A stretch of DNA of 64,000 bases from an archaeon (GTDB lineage: Archaea; Nanobdellota; Nanobdellia; Woesearchaeales; GW2011-AR15). The stretch is from contig JAZDLQ010000017.1 in NCBI GenBank assembly GCA_043801855.1, forward strand, positions 15,202-79,201, written 5' to 3'. The position numbers were made by a program, and so were the translations under genes. The notes under the pieces are model-generated. The model was given only the letters and a program-made list of their open reading frames with translations. It did not search any database and was not told the origin of the DNA. Of this stretch, positions 37,257-47,207 are shown one piece after another (the first letter of the stretch is position 1; every line of letters begins with the position of its first letter).

Positions 37257-38918
37257 ATGAAAAGCCACATTCTTTACAAAGTAATTGCTATATTGGTAAT
37301 TTCTGTAATTGCTATGATGGTAATTGAAGGTGTTTTCTCATATTTGTCAGAAAAAAATAAAGCGATAGCTGGCATGAATAAGAATGCAGACCTGTCAGTT
37401 GAGCGCCTTTCCAACAGCCTTATTTATCCTTTATGGAATATCAATTATCCAGAGATTGAAAAAAGCATGATTTTTGAGATGATTAGCCCTGATGTTAAGG
37501 CGATTTTGCTGTTTAATTACAATGGCAAATTTCTCATTGGCAAATCAAAAGACAGTAATCAGGAAATCAAAAAAATTGAGTTAGATGCCAAAACTCAGGA
37601 TGAACTTGATAAAAGCTTTTTAACTCGAACAAAATCAATTACCAAAGAAAATGAGCTCAAAGAAAATGAGGTTATAGGTTCAGTAACAATATACTATACG
37701 GATTTTTTCATGAATAAATATCTTAAAACTGAAATATTAAAGATACTCGTTCAAATCATAGTGGTTTCCACAGCAATTATTTTTATTTTATTTATTAGTT
37801 TAAGGCAAATGATTCTTTTGCCGCTCTTAAATCTGGAAAAAATAGTGAAACAGTTTAGAAATAATGATTTTTCTGCACGAGTTCAGAATATTTCAGATGA
37901 TGAAATAGGAGAACTTTATTTCTCTTTCAATAAGATGCTTGACCAATTGATTTCATCAAAAAAAGTTATAGAAAATCATAATAGAGAATTAGAAAATAAG
38001 ATTGCTAATAGGACTAATGAATTGGATAATAGGGTTAAAGAGCTTGAAAATACCAAAAAGGCAACCTTGAATATTCTTGAAGATATAGATAACACAAATA
38101 AGGAGCTGATATCCGCAAAAGAAGAGCTTGGCAATAAAGTAAAGGAGCTTGAAGTAATGGACAGGAAAAAAGATGAGTTCTTGTCTGTAACAGCCCACGA
38201 ATTAAAAACTCCGCTTACAAGCATCAAGGGCTTTGCAGATCTTCTTAATAACGAAAAAATAATGGAAAACAAGGAATTAAGGAAAAAATATTTTGGCATA
38301 ATTATTGAGGATACAATAAGGCTTGAGCGCCTGATAACTGACATTCTTGATCTTTCGAGGTTGGATGTTGGTACCATGAAATTTAATTTTGAGAAGACAA
38401 CTGTAGATGAATTATTTACTGAATTAATCAACCTATCAACTGTATCAATTAAGAAAAAAGGGTTAATTCCCATATTTAAGGCACAAAAAGGAATTCCTTG
38501 TTTTTACGCTGATAAATCCAGGCTTATTCAGGTTTTATCAAATCTTATTAATAATGCAATAAAATACACTGAAAAAGGATATATTAAAATTGAAGCAAAA
38601 TTAACCGACAAGAAAAATATAGAATTTTCTGTGACTGATACAGGTATTGGAATAGTAAAAGACGAATTTTCGCATCTTTTTGAGCGCTTTTACCAGATTG
38701 ACTCATCATACACAAGAAAAGTTGGTGGCTCAGGGCTAGGCCTTGCGATTAGCAAAGGAATAATTCAGGCTTTAGGGGGAAAAATTTGGTTGGAAAGCAA
38801 ACCAGGCAAAGGCTCAAAATTCATTTTTGTCCTTCCAATAATGGAAAAAGAGGGTGTAGAAAAAGTTGATATGCTAAAAGATAAAAATGAAAACATTGCA
38901 AAAGATAATACAAATTAG
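37257..38918 (+). CDS. sensor histidine kinase (2 TM, HAMP, coiled-coil, HisKA, HATPase_c)
   Basis: TM helices. HAMP-like LPLLNLEKIVKQFRNNDFSARV. H-box SVTAHELKTPLTSIKGFADLL. N-box LSNLINNAIKYT. G-boxes DTGIGI and GGSGLGLAI. Confidence 0.85.
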   Translation: MKSHILYKVIAILVISVIAMMVIEGVFSYLSEKNKAIAGMNKNADLSVERLSNSLIYPLWNINYPEIEKSMIFEMISPDVKAILLFNYNGKFLIGKSKDSNQEIKKIELDAKTQDELDKSFLTRTKSITKENELKENEVIGSVTIYYTDFFMNKYLKTEILKILVQIIVVSTAIIFILFISLRQMILLPLLNLEKIVKQFRNNDFSARVQNISDDEIGELYFSFNKMLDQLISSKKVIENHNRELENKIANRTNELDNRVKELENTKKATLNILEDIDNTNKELISAKEELGNKVKELEVMDRKKDEFLSVTAHELKTPLTSIKGFADLLNNEKIMENKELRKKYFGIIIEDTIRLERLITDILDLSRLDVGTMKFNFEKTTVDELFTELINLSTVSIKKKGLIPIFKAQKGIPCFYADKSRLIQVLSNLINNAIKYTEKGYIKIEAKLTDKKNIEFSVTDTGIGIVKDEFSHLFERFYQIDSSYTRKVGGSGLGLAISKGIIQALGGKIWLESKPGKGSKFIFVLPIMEKEGVEKVDMLKDKNENIAKDNTN

Positions 38919-38955
38919 ATAAATTTAAGAACAAGATTAAATACTATTTTTATAG

Positions 38956-39336
38956 ATGATTAAAATGGCAAAACAAAAAATACTTGTTGTTGACGATGAA
39001 CCACATATGATTGAATTAGAACGTGCAATTCTTGAAAGCGAAGGCTTTGAAGTAATGGCTGCATCAGGTGGAGCAGAGGCTCTTGAAATGCTAAAAACAG
39101 TTAAACCTGCTCTTGTTCTCCTTGACATGATGATGCCTGTCATGTCAGGCAGAGAAGTGTGCGAAAAAATAAGAACAAATCCGAAGACAAAGGATTTAAA
39201 GGTGATTTTTGTTACAGTTGCAAGATTTTCAGAAATTGGCAAAAAAATCCTTGCTGATATGAAAGTTTCAGACTATGTTACAAAGCCTTTTGACAATGCC
39301 GATTTTGTTAGAAGGGTAAAGAAAGCGCTGGCCTAA
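38956..39336 (+). CDS. stand-alone response-regulator receiver (CheY-like)
   Basis: KILVVDDEPHM...LVLLDMMMPVMSGREV..KVIFVT has the phospho-acceptor Asp and conserved Lys context. 126 aa, no output domain. Confidence 0.85.
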   Translation: MIKMAKQKILVVDDEPHMIELERAILESEGFEVMAASGGAEALEMLKTVKPALVLLDMMMPVMSGREVCEKIRTNPKTKDLKVIFVTVARFSEIGKKILADMKVSDYVTKPFDNADFVRRVKKALA

Positions 39337-39452
39337 ATTTTTCTTTTTCAAAATTAGCTTATCTGATACGCTGCTAGATGAATAAATGTCAATTTTATAT
39401 CCGAAAATATTATATACAGGTTCTTCGTATTTAGTTTTAAAAAAGAGGGGAA

Positions 39453-42020
39453 ATGCAAAGCATAATTAGAGTACTAGAATTAGCATACGAAGATAATAAA
39501 GATTATGTTCTTCTGGTAGATGATGACCTTAAAATAATCTGGGCAAATAATGCTTTTTTTCATGATACTCCTAATAAAAAAAATAAAGTTCTTGGAAAAT
39601 CATGTCATGAAGCTTTTAAGAATTCACAATTTCACTGTGATGAGTTTCTGGTAACTGAGGCGTTAAATACAGGAAAACAATCATTTCATAGGCATAAAAA
39701 TGAGATCCACAGCGCAACTCCATTTGAGAATGCAGGAAGGGAATATGTACTTTATAAAATAAGCGATGGAAAGGCGATTCTGGGAGCAGATGCGGACTTA
39801 TCTGAAACAAAAATCACCAGCAAAGCGCCTGAAAAAAGCGATGAAAAATACAAGCTTCTTTTCAATAACATCTCAAACTGTGTTGCAATTTATGAAGCAG
39901 CAAGCGATGGCAAGGACTTTATATTTGTTGATGTAAATAAAGCAGCAGAAATATCATTAAGAACTAAGTCTAAAGACATGATTGGAAGGCGTGTCACGCA
40001 GGTTTTTCCAGGAATTATCAAGATGGGCCTTCTTAAGATCTTTTCAAGAGTTTATAAAACTGGAAAACCTGAATTATTTTCACAAACCGAATACAAAGAT
40101 AAAAAACTTTTTATGTGGGTTGAAAATTATATATTTAAGCTGCCTTCAGGGCTTATTGTCGCGATCTTTAACGACTATACAGAAAAGCACAAGATAGAGG
40201 AAGAACTTAAAAAGTCAAGGAACTATTACATGTCTCTTTTTGAAAACCTGCCAAACCCTATATGGATGTCTGGAAATGATGCAAAGTGCAATTATTTTAA
40301 CAAGGCATGGCTTGATTTTACTGGGCAAGCCTTAGAGCATGAGATGGGTGACGGCTGGACAGAAGGAGTTCATCCTGATGATTTGGCAAGATGCATTAAA
40401 ATATACATGGGGTCGTTTAAAGAAAGAAAGCCTTTTGTAATGGAATACAGGCTAAAGCATAATGACGGGGCATTTCACTGGATTATTGATTATGGAACAC
40501 CATTGTTTGACATGGAGGGCAAGTTTAGTGGATACATTGGCTCTTGCTATGATATTAATGAGAGAAAAATTGCAGAAGAGAGAATGGAGCAGGCAAACTT
40601 AATTATCCAAAATAGCTCAAATATTATATTCATCTGGTCTGCAAAAAAAGGATGGCCTGTATTATTTGTTTCAGATAATTTCAGTAAATGGGGCTATGCG
40701 GCAAGTGATTTCAATTCTGGGAAGTTTTGCTATGCAGATATTGTCTATAAAGAGGATTTGCCGCAGCTTGTTGAAAAAGTAAAAAACATTGAAGCGATTA
40801 ATTATGACGAAATAAAAATCCAATATCGTATTAGGAAAAAAGATGGCTCTATTATCTGGGTTGATCAATGGTCTTGCCTTATCCGTGATGAAAAAGGCAA
40901 TCCTTTGAAATATGAAGGAATTGTCAAAGATATAACTGCCCAAAAAGAGGCGGAAGAAATTGAACAAAAAAAATATGGAACTATCGAAAAATTTAACAAT
41001 TGCCTAAAAGAGATTGCAAAAAACGCTTCACTAAAGACAGGAAAGCTTGAATCTTTTTCAAAGAAATTATGCGAAAAAGTGGCAAAGATTATATGCACAA
41101 GGTATGTCAGCATATGGTTTTTTGATTCAGATAATAAAAATTTAGTATCACTTAGTTCATATGATTCAAAGAAAGGCAAACACACATCAATTGAAATCCT
41201 GGCTGTCAAAGATTGCTCTGCATATTTTAAGGCACTTAATGAACAAAGAGTAATTGCTGCAAACGATGCCATTAACGATTTTCGGACAAAAGAGTTCAAA
41301 GAATATTATTTTAAAAAACATAAAATTGTTTCTATGCTCGATTCGCCAATAAGAATAGGACATGATCTTGTTGGCATATTAAGTTTTGAGCATTCCGGTA
41401 AAATAAGAAGCTGGTCAAATGAAGAGCAGAATTTTGCCGTGTCTCTTGCAGAATTTATATCTCTAACATATTCTTCATTCAAGCTTAAAAAAAGCGAAGA
41501 AGAGGCAAGAGCTGAAAAACAATTTATTGAAAAAATTATTGAAAATGCGCCAAGTATTATTATCGGGCTTGATGAGAATAATAGAATTATTCTGTTTAAT
41601 GCTTATGCTGAGAATATTACTAAGTACAAAAAAGAAGAAGTGTTGAATAAAAAATGGGTTGAGATTTTTGGCTGTAAAGACACAGGAAGTAAAGATATCT
41701 TCGATATGCTCAAAAAAGGAGAAAGTAATATTACTTATGAGGAAGAGATAATATCAAAAGAAGGAAACAAGCTGATGATTTTTTGGTCAAGCAGTTCTTT
41801 CAATGATAAAAAATCTGAACTGAAATTCATGTTCATCGGCCAGGATATAACAGAAAAATCATGGCTTGAGCAAAAGGCAAATGCCCTTAATATTGAGCTA
41901 ACGAAGAAGATTGAGGACCTTGAACGGTTCCAGAACTTGACTGTTGGGCGCGAACTTAAGATGCTTGAGCTTAAAAAAAGAATTAAGGAATTAGAAGAAC
42001 AAATATCTTCACTTAAATAA
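39453..42020 (+). CDS. multi-PAS/GAF sensor protein without recognisable output domain, C-terminal coiled coil
   Basis: At least three PAS-like blocks (..NCVAIYEAASDGKDFIFVDVNKAAE.., ..NPIWMSGNDAKCNYFNKAWLDFTG..HPDD.., ..IIIGLDENNRIILFNAYAE..). GAF-like VSIWFFDSDNKNLVSLSSYD...LVGILSFEH. No kinase, GGDEF or HD motifs. Confidence 0.75.
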   Translation: MQSIIRVLELAYEDNKDYVLLVDDDLKIIWANNAFFHDTPNKKNKVLGKSCHEAFKNSQFHCDEFLVTEALNTGKQSFHRHKNEIHSATPFENAGREYVLYKISDGKAILGADADLSETKITSKAPEKSDEKYKLLFNNISNCVAIYEAASDGKDFIFVDVNKAAEISLRTKSKDMIGRRVTQVFPGIIKMGLLKIFSRVYKTGKPELFSQTEYKDKKLFMWVENYIFKLPSGLIVAIFNDYTEKHKIEEELKKSRNYYMSLFENLPNPIWMSGNDAKCNYFNKAWLDFTGQALEHEMGDGWTEGVHPDDLARCIKIYMGSFKERKPFVMEYRLKHNDGAFHWIIDYGTPLFDMEGKFSGYIGSCYDINERKIAEERMEQANLIIQNSSNIIFIWSAKKGWPVLFVSDNFSKWGYAASDFNSGKFCYADIVYKEDLPQLVEKVKNIEAINYDEIKIQYRIRKKDGSIIWVDQWSCLIRDEKGNPLKYEGIVKDITAQKEAEEIEQKKYGTIEKFNNCLKEIAKNASLKTGKLESFSKKLCEKVAKIICTRYVSIWFFDSDNKNLVSLSSYDSKKGKHTSIEILAVKDCSAYFKALNEQRVIAANDAINDFRTKEFKEYYFKKHKIVSMLDSPIRIGHDLVGILSFEHSGKIRSWSNEEQNFAVSLAEFISLTYSSFKLKKSEEEARAEKQFIEKIIENAPSIIIGLDENNRIILFNAYAENITKYKKEEVLNKKWVEIFGCKDTGSKDIFDMLKKGESNITYEEEIISKEGNKLMIFWSSSSFNDKKSELKFMFIGQDITEKSWLEQKANALNIELTKKIEDLERFQNLTVGRELKMLELKKRIKELEEQISSLK

Positions 42021-42021
42021 A

Positions 42022-42615
42022 TTACAATTCATAAAGCCTATCTGTAAACATCAGCAAATCTTTAAACAGCATCTCTTTTTCAGCGAATGATTCTTCGGCG
42101 CTGCATTCCCTGCTTGCAAACACTACCTTTTCATTGCTTCCTGCAGATTTGGAGAATCTGTCAATAAAAAGGACAATCTCATGCGGCCTGTTGTATTTTA
42201 GAAGAGCGCAAAGTGTATCTACAACAAATGCATCACAACTTTTAGCAGCTTCTGATATTTTACTTTCCAGTTCAGTTAAGTTATATGGTGCTGACACAAA
42301 AATACAATCATCAGTATCTTCCTTTTTTTGATAATGGCTGCTTAATACATCAATATACTTCAAGTCTTTTATTTTCAAATTAGCAGCATCTATTTTGGCT
42401 TCATCATAAGTCTTGTTTATACAGACTAGACAAGTTCTTTTTTTATTCTTATAGTTTTCAATCAGTGTTTTATTTATATTGGAATCAAGTAAATTTATTG
42501 GACTCACAACAAGGGAAAGTATGTTAATGTTTTGATTTTTATTTTCAGTCATTGATTGAGTAAGTATAGTTCTACTATTTATTCTTTTATCACTTCTATT
42601 TAATAACAAATACAA
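42022..42615 (-). CDS. hypothetical protein, paralog of 47208-47735
   Basis: Shares CxVxINK..(I/Y)xDx(L/I)S...C.F(V/I)S(A/S)P..LT(E/D)(L/I)....E..K.CD..(V/I)xDTL..L..Y....I..F with ORF 47208-47735. Possibly a P-loop-less RecA/KaiC-fold domain (inference). Confidence 0.45.
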   Translation of the reverse strand: MYLLLNRSDKRINSRTILTQSMTENKNQNINILSLVVSPINLLDSNINKTLIENYKNKKRTCLVCINKTYDEAKIDAANLKIKDLKYIDVLSSHYQKKEDTDDCIFVSAPYNLTELESKISEAAKSCDAFVVDTLCALLKYNRPHEIVLFIDRFSKSAGSNEKVVFASRECSAEESFAEKEMLFKDLLMFTDRLYEL

Positions 42616-42622
42616 TTTTTAT

Positions 42623-42698
42623 GAAATTTATCCCAAAATCTATAAATTTATCCTAAAATAGAAAAATTTATCCCAAAATCTATAAATTTATCCTATTA
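42623..42698. repeat. 2 x 38-bp tandem direct repeat (each unit containing two AAATTTATCC half-sites) in a divergent intergenic region
   Basis: GAAATTTATCCCAAAATCTATAAATTTATCCTAAAATA followed by GAAAAATTTATCCCAAAATCTATAAATTTATCCTATTA. Confidence 0.8.
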
Positions 42699-42740
42699 TT
42701 GTCATTAAGTATTTAAAGAATACTTTTTAATATACTACTT

Positions 42741-43733
42741 GTGGTCATTGCTGATATTTTTCGTGCAACAAGAATTGAGCGTGCATGTTTTGGCCTTGCG
42801 GCTGCTTTTGTTCCAATATCTCGCTTTCCAATAAGTACTTTTTATGCTATTAGCTTTGAATTTACTTTGTTTTGCGTTGCAGCAACATTGCTATATTGTG
42901 CACTTGGAATAATGAATGCATGGCTTGATAATGATTTTTCTCTACCACTTTTATGGAAGAAAGTGGTTTTCATAATGTTTATTGCAACAATTATTGTAAG
43001 CCTCTTTAGCATCAAGGTCTTCTTTGCAGTTCTTGCCTATATTTTTCTTGGGATAATATATAACACAGTAGCCAGAAAAATTTTTATGATGGACGGAATT
43101 TTGCTCAGCATTGCGCATTATTTTCTACCTGTATTTTTTACTTCTTATTTATTGAATGCAGATATTGTAAATTCACTTTATTTATCCTTTTATTTTTTTG
43201 CGTTTTCTTTTTTTTTCATGCCGCTAAAAAATATAAGAGGAGCAAAAGAAGACAGGAAGAGAGGCTACAAAACAATTCCTGCAATGCATGTAGCTGGAGG
43301 CATAATAACACTGATGCTTATGGACATTTCTTTTTTTGTCATGCTTATTGGCTTTTTTGCATTCAGGTTAAGCTTAATCTATTTAGTATGCCTTTTTCTG
43401 ATGCTTGTTTTAGGAAGCATTTTAAAATTTCTCCACAGCAGCGGTAATGAAGAGCTATTTGGCCATGTTTTCAGACTTGGCTTAATTTTTTTTCCGCTGT
43501 CATTTATCCTATCGAGCAGCCCGCCACTTTATGTCGTATTGTTTCCATTTGCATTATTTATTGTTTTAATCTATAAAATATACTCCTTTATCAAAAAATC
43601 AGGCATGTTAACATACAAATGCTTTATCTTCAATTTAAATAATTTTATTATATGGCATAAAAGAGTATTTTTTTCATCTTTTGCCAGAACAAATGATGAA
43701 AAAAGCTATGGTTTGCTTACAATAAGCAGATGA
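42741..43733 (+). CDS. UbiA-family prenyltransferase (possibly DGGGP synthase-like), polytopic membrane protein
   Basis: 8-9 hydrophobic helices. Asp-rich regions NAWLDNDFS and KEDRKRGYKTIPAMHVAGG resemble UbiA motifs. Confidence 0.5.
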   Translation: MVIADIFRATRIERACFGLAAAFVPISRFPISTFYAISFEFTLFCVAATLLYCALGIMNAWLDNDFSLPLLWKKVVFIMFIATIIVSLFSIKVFFAVLAYIFLGIIYNTVARKIFMMDGILLSIAHYFLPVFFTSYLLNADIVNSLYLSFYFFAFSFFFMPLKNIRGAKEDRKRGYKTIPAMHVAGGIITLMLMDISFFVMLIGFFAFRLSLIYLVCLFLMLVLGSILKFLHSSGNEELFGHVFRLGLIFFPLSFILSSSPPLYVVLFPFALFIVLIYKIYSFIKKSGMLTYKCFIFNLNNFIIWHKRVFFSSFARTNDEKSYGLLTISR

Positions 43734-43785
43734 CATAAAATAACAATAGTGCAAAATTTAGATTTTAAAAAAGAGGTCGAATCAA

Positions 43786-44958
43786 ATAACAAAAATCCTT
43801 ATTATTGGAGGAGGAATTGCAGGAAGCGCAATTTGCTACAATTTAAGCAGGTATTGCCCTGAAGCTGAAGTATATGTTGTTGAGCGAAATAATAGCGGTT
43901 CCGTCAGCAGCGATTATGGCTGTAGGCTCACATTCAGGCGAATTATTGAAGAATATAATCTTCCATACAAAAAAATATTCACAACTCTTAAATTCTGCAA
44001 CAGTAAGGAAGTAATATTTAATTTTAAAGAAAAAGAACTATACTGTGTTGATTACAGCACCATCTGCAATTATCTTTTTGAAAAATCAGGAGCAAAAAAA
44101 ATAAATGATAATGCAAAAGCTATCAACATAAAAAAAAACTTCCTGTTGTGCGAAAAAGGAAAATATGATTATGATTATCTGATTGATTGCTCAGGAAACT
44201 CGTTTTTTATAAGAAAGCTCCTTAAGTTGAATTTGCCATCCAAGCTCTGGATTGGAAAGACACGCCTTTTATTGCTTAACAAAAAGCCAAACTTTCAGAA
44301 TGAGGCATACTACTGCCTGAATGATGATGGGACATTTGAGGATTTTTATCCTTTTGAGAATTATGCAGCGAACGGTGTCTGGAGATACACAGATTCATCT
44401 GACTTAAATCATAAAACTCCTCTAAAAAACAGCCATTTTAGTGATATAATTGCCGAATCAAAAGTCTTTCTTGAAAAAAGAGTAATGGTTCCGGCAAACC
44501 CCGTCTTTCCGCTGCATTACAAAAATATCGGTTTTCTTGGAGATTCTTTTGGCAATGCAACAACAATTGCAAGCGAAGGAATAAGGCCAATTCTTGATAC
44601 ATCAAAGCTTTTATGCCAGGCAATAAGAAAAAATAACCTATCACTTTACGATTCTTCTTGGAAAAAAGTATACCTTAACACATACTTAAAGCACCTTGCC
44701 AGTAAAAACCTTGGTAAAAATAGGCACAAAGACAGAATGAGAACAATTCTTTCCCTAAAAGAGCATCCTGATGCGTTTTATAATATCCTGGATTCAAACC
44801 CTAATTACAAGTTTCCAAAAGAAGCTGTTAATAAAGTTCCATTTGATATTAAGCTTAAGCAATTAATCCATTACAATAAATACAAGCTATATTACTTTTT
44901 TCAGCAGCAATATGCATCTATTTCCTACCTGCTCAATTTTTTCAATAGCAAGGTTTGA
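43786..44958 (+). CDS. FAD-dependent oxidoreductase (geranylgeranyl-reductase-like); apparent ATA start (no in-frame ATG/GTG/TTG upstream of the FAD motif)
   Basis: (M)TKILIIGGGIAGSAICYNL dinucleotide-binding motif lies upstream of the ORF-track start (44146). Frame open from 43762; in-frame TAG at 43759. GAGGT RBS 8 nt before ATA 43786. Confidence 0.5.
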   Translation: MTKILIIGGGIAGSAICYNLSRYCPEAEVYVVERNNSGSVSSDYGCRLTFRRIIEEYNLPYKKIFTTLKFCNSKEVIFNFKEKELYCVDYSTICNYLFEKSGAKKINDNAKAINIKKNFLLCEKGKYDYDYLIDCSGNSFFIRKLLKLNLPSKLWIGKTRLLLLNKKPNFQNEAYYCLNDDGTFEDFYPFENYAANGVWRYTDSSDLNHKTPLKNSHFSDIIAESKVFLEKRVMVPANPVFPLHYKNIGFLGDSFGNATTIASEGIRPILDTSKLLCQAIRKNNLSLYDSSWKKVYLNTYLKHLASKNLGKNRHKDRMRTILSLKEHPDAFYNILDSNPNYKFPKEAVNKVPFDIKLKQLIHYNKYKLYYFFQQQYASISYLLNFFNSKV

Positions 44959-45999
44959 GCTAAGTGCATTTTCCGCCATGCCGGTTATGCCTGATGTGAT
45001 GCATGAGTCTTCAAACTGCGAATATGGAAATTTTTCAATGATAATTTTGATTTTTTCTTCCTGCCATGAAAATTTAGGGATTCCCCAGCCAAAACCTGAT
45101 GTAATCTTTTTTATCGCATTTATTCTTTCTTTTTTTGTTTTTATTGATGACAAAAAAGGCTTTGTAATTTCCCTGTGGGAATTCTGTATGCATTTTCTTG
45201 AAAAATCAAGAAGCCCATATTCATTCATATGATAAAAAATTAAGTTTGCAGCGCCGATTTCATTGATAGTTACATGCTCTTTTCCAAAATACATCAGGCT
45301 GTTTTTTTTTGTTTCAAGAATATTTGCAGTTATAAGGTCTTTTAGTGCAGCATACTCGTTTTTGTTAAATTCTATCGGACTCTCCTGTATGAAATTATGC
45401 CTGTAATAATTATCATCAGGAGCAATTTTTTTAAAGTCAGGAATGTACTTTGCCTTTAGTTTTTTTCCAGCTACAATGCAACAATCCTTTCCTGAAAAAG
45501 AGCATGAAATTTTTTCTGCCTCAATATTTTCTCCGGACAATATTGATACAATTCCGGAAATTACGCCTGCACTAAAGCCCTGCTCATTTGTTTTTGTGCA
45601 GAAAATATTATCTTTGCCGCTGAAAAAAAACTCTTTTTTAGTTTTATTGTATCCTACTTTTTCGTTTATCCTAAATCCAAAAAAACTGAGCATAAAAAGG
45701 ATAATCTTTAATTTAGGAAGTAGAATTGCTTCATTTGACTTGTCCATGTGTGCAAGTAACAATAGTCTGGTTCCTGTGTCTTTGCCAATCCTATAAAAAA
45801 TTTCTTGCGCCTTCTTTTTCCCTTCCTTTTTTATGATGCCTGATTGCAGATCGCAAAAAGCTTTTTCAAAAAGATATATTGACCTTTTTTTACGAAATGA
45901 CTTTCCATACCAGTCAGAGCCGCGTGACATAACAATCCCTGGTTCGTTTATAGAAATAATCTGTGGAAAGTATACTTTATCAAAAATTAATGCAGCCAT
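44887..45999 (-). CDS. V4R-domain protein
   Basis: FSAGVISGIVSILSGENIEAEKISCSFSGKDCCIVAGK matches the V4R G..G..C...G...C signature. 370 aa. Its 3' end overlaps the convergent reductase gene by 72 nt. Confidence 0.55.
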   Translation of the reverse strand: MAALIFDKVYFPQIISINEPGIVMSRGSDWYGKSFRKKRSIYLFEKAFCDLQSGIIKKEGKKKAQEIFYRIGKDTGTRLLLLAHMDKSNEAILLPKLKIILFMLSFFGFRINEKVGYNKTKKEFFFSGKDNIFCTKTNEQGFSAGVISGIVSILSGENIEAEKISCSFSGKDCCIVAGKKLKAKYIPDFKKIAPDDNYYRHNFIQESPIEFNKNEYAALKDLITANILETKKNSLMYFGKEHVTINEIGAANLIFYHMNEYGLLDFSRKCIQNSHREITKPFLSSIKTKKERINAIKKITSGFGWGIPKFSWQEEKIKIIIEKFPYSQFEDSCITSGITGMAENALSSNLAIEKIEQVGNRCILLLKKVI

Positions 46000-46034
46000 A
46001 CTCTTTTTTTTCTTTCTTAAGTTGCAGACCTGTT

Positions 46035-46745
46035 TTACTTATTGACTTTTATTCCACTGTTGCTTATAACGAAGGGAAGTGCAGAATCATGCTGGCATGT
46101 CCATCTCATTTTCGGAATAAATATCCTTCGCTCAATATTGCCAAATGAAAGGTACTCAAGGCTGATTTCTCCATCTATAAAAAACGATACTAAGCCTGTA
46201 AAGTCATTTAGCAATTTTGGATCCTTTTCAAGGACAAGAAGTGTTGTAAGCCCCTCTCTTCTAAACAAGGAAAATGATTCAACAATGAGCCTTCTTAGAT
46301 TTACTTTGCTTGCTATACTTTCTCCTTTTCCTGTGCCATAATGGAAATTGAAAAAGCCGTTGTAGCTGTCAATAACAAGCCTTGTGATCTTCTTATCCTC
46401 TCTTATTTTTGTAAATAGATCATTGTAGATGTTTTCAAATTCATCATAAGGTATGCACATAATCTTTAATTTTCCATTTTTTTCGTGTTCTAAAAGATTG
46501 CTGCCAAAATTAGCGCTTGAAAAGATTCTGTCAATGTTTTTTCTTGGCTCTTCAAGATTAATATATATCCCTTTTTCGTAGTTTTTTGCTCCTTCAAGAA
46601 GGAAGTGTAGTGATAGCAGTGATTTACCAATTCCTGCTGGACCAGATAATCCGATAACACTCCCTGAAGGCAAGCCTCCTTCAAGCATCCAATCCAGGCC
46701 GATAATTCCGGTTTTAATCCTTTCAATTGAGGTTTTTTTTGCCAT
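46035..46745 (-). CDS. KaiC/RadA-like single-domain ATPase
   Basis: GIIGLDWMLEGGLPSGSVIGLSGPAGIGKSLLSLHFLLEGA Walker A and RecA-like core. 236 aa. Confidence 0.75.
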   Translation of the reverse strand: MAKKTSIERIKTGIIGLDWMLEGGLPSGSVIGLSGPAGIGKSLLSLHFLLEGAKNYEKGIYINLEEPRKNIDRIFSSANFGSNLLEHEKNGKLKIMCIPYDEFENIYNDLFTKIREDKKITRLVIDSYNGFFNFHYGTGKGESIASKVNLRRLIVESFSLFRREGLTTLLVLEKDPKLLNDFTGLVSFFIDGEISLEYLSFGNIERRIFIPKMRWTCQHDSALPFVISNSGIKVNK

Positions 46746-46762
46746 TATTATTCACCATTAGA

Positions 46763-47068
46763 CTACAATTTTATCTTGTCAACGACAAAAACATAAATAT
46801 CTTTATGCTTGCTCTCTATTCTTTGGCAGCGGACATCGCTTTTAGAGTTAACTCCTTTTTCGCGAAACTTTTTTGGTATAAGAAAATAAATTGTAGAATC
46901 ATTTTTTCCCCTCATTGAGATCCTTGATTCATTAAGGCAGGCGCCTTCGGCAAAAATATGTATATTTTCCATGAATCCCTTTAGAGCAAGCGATTCTTCT
47001 TTCCCAAGAGAAATATTGTGAGTGACACTTCCGTCCTCTTCAAGCTTTGCATTAAGGATAGTTCCCAT
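46763..47068 (-). CDS. small hypothetical protein
   Basis: 101-aa ORF between the paralog gene and the KaiC-like gene, in the same operon by spacing (17 nt and 139 nt). Confidence 0.35.
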   Translation of the reverse strand: MGTILNAKLEEDGSVTHNISLGKEESLALKGFMENIHIFAEGACLNESRISMRGKNDSTIYFLIPKKFREKGVNSKSDVRCQRIESKHKDIYVFVVDKIKL

Positions 47069-47207
47069 TCATCTGCTCCTCTTTTAATATATTGGCTAAA
47101 ACCATAATCCTATCAACCCCTGAATTTGCTAAACGAGAACCCTATATAAATTTTTCTTTTGAGAAAAACAAAATAGTTTCATGCATTATATTTGTAACAA
47201 TAAAGTT

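Noticed and set aside
35988-41299. Minus-strand ORFs 35988-36578, 37976-38473 and 40865-41299 inside the membrane coiled-coil, HK and PAS/GAF genes
   Set aside because: Antisense to genes with clear domain signatures. Ser/Leu/Phe-rich artefactual translations.
42623-42698. Possible CRISPR array
   Set aside because: Only two 38-bp units directly abutting, with no spacers. No cas genes anywhere in the window. No other repeat-spacer structure seen.
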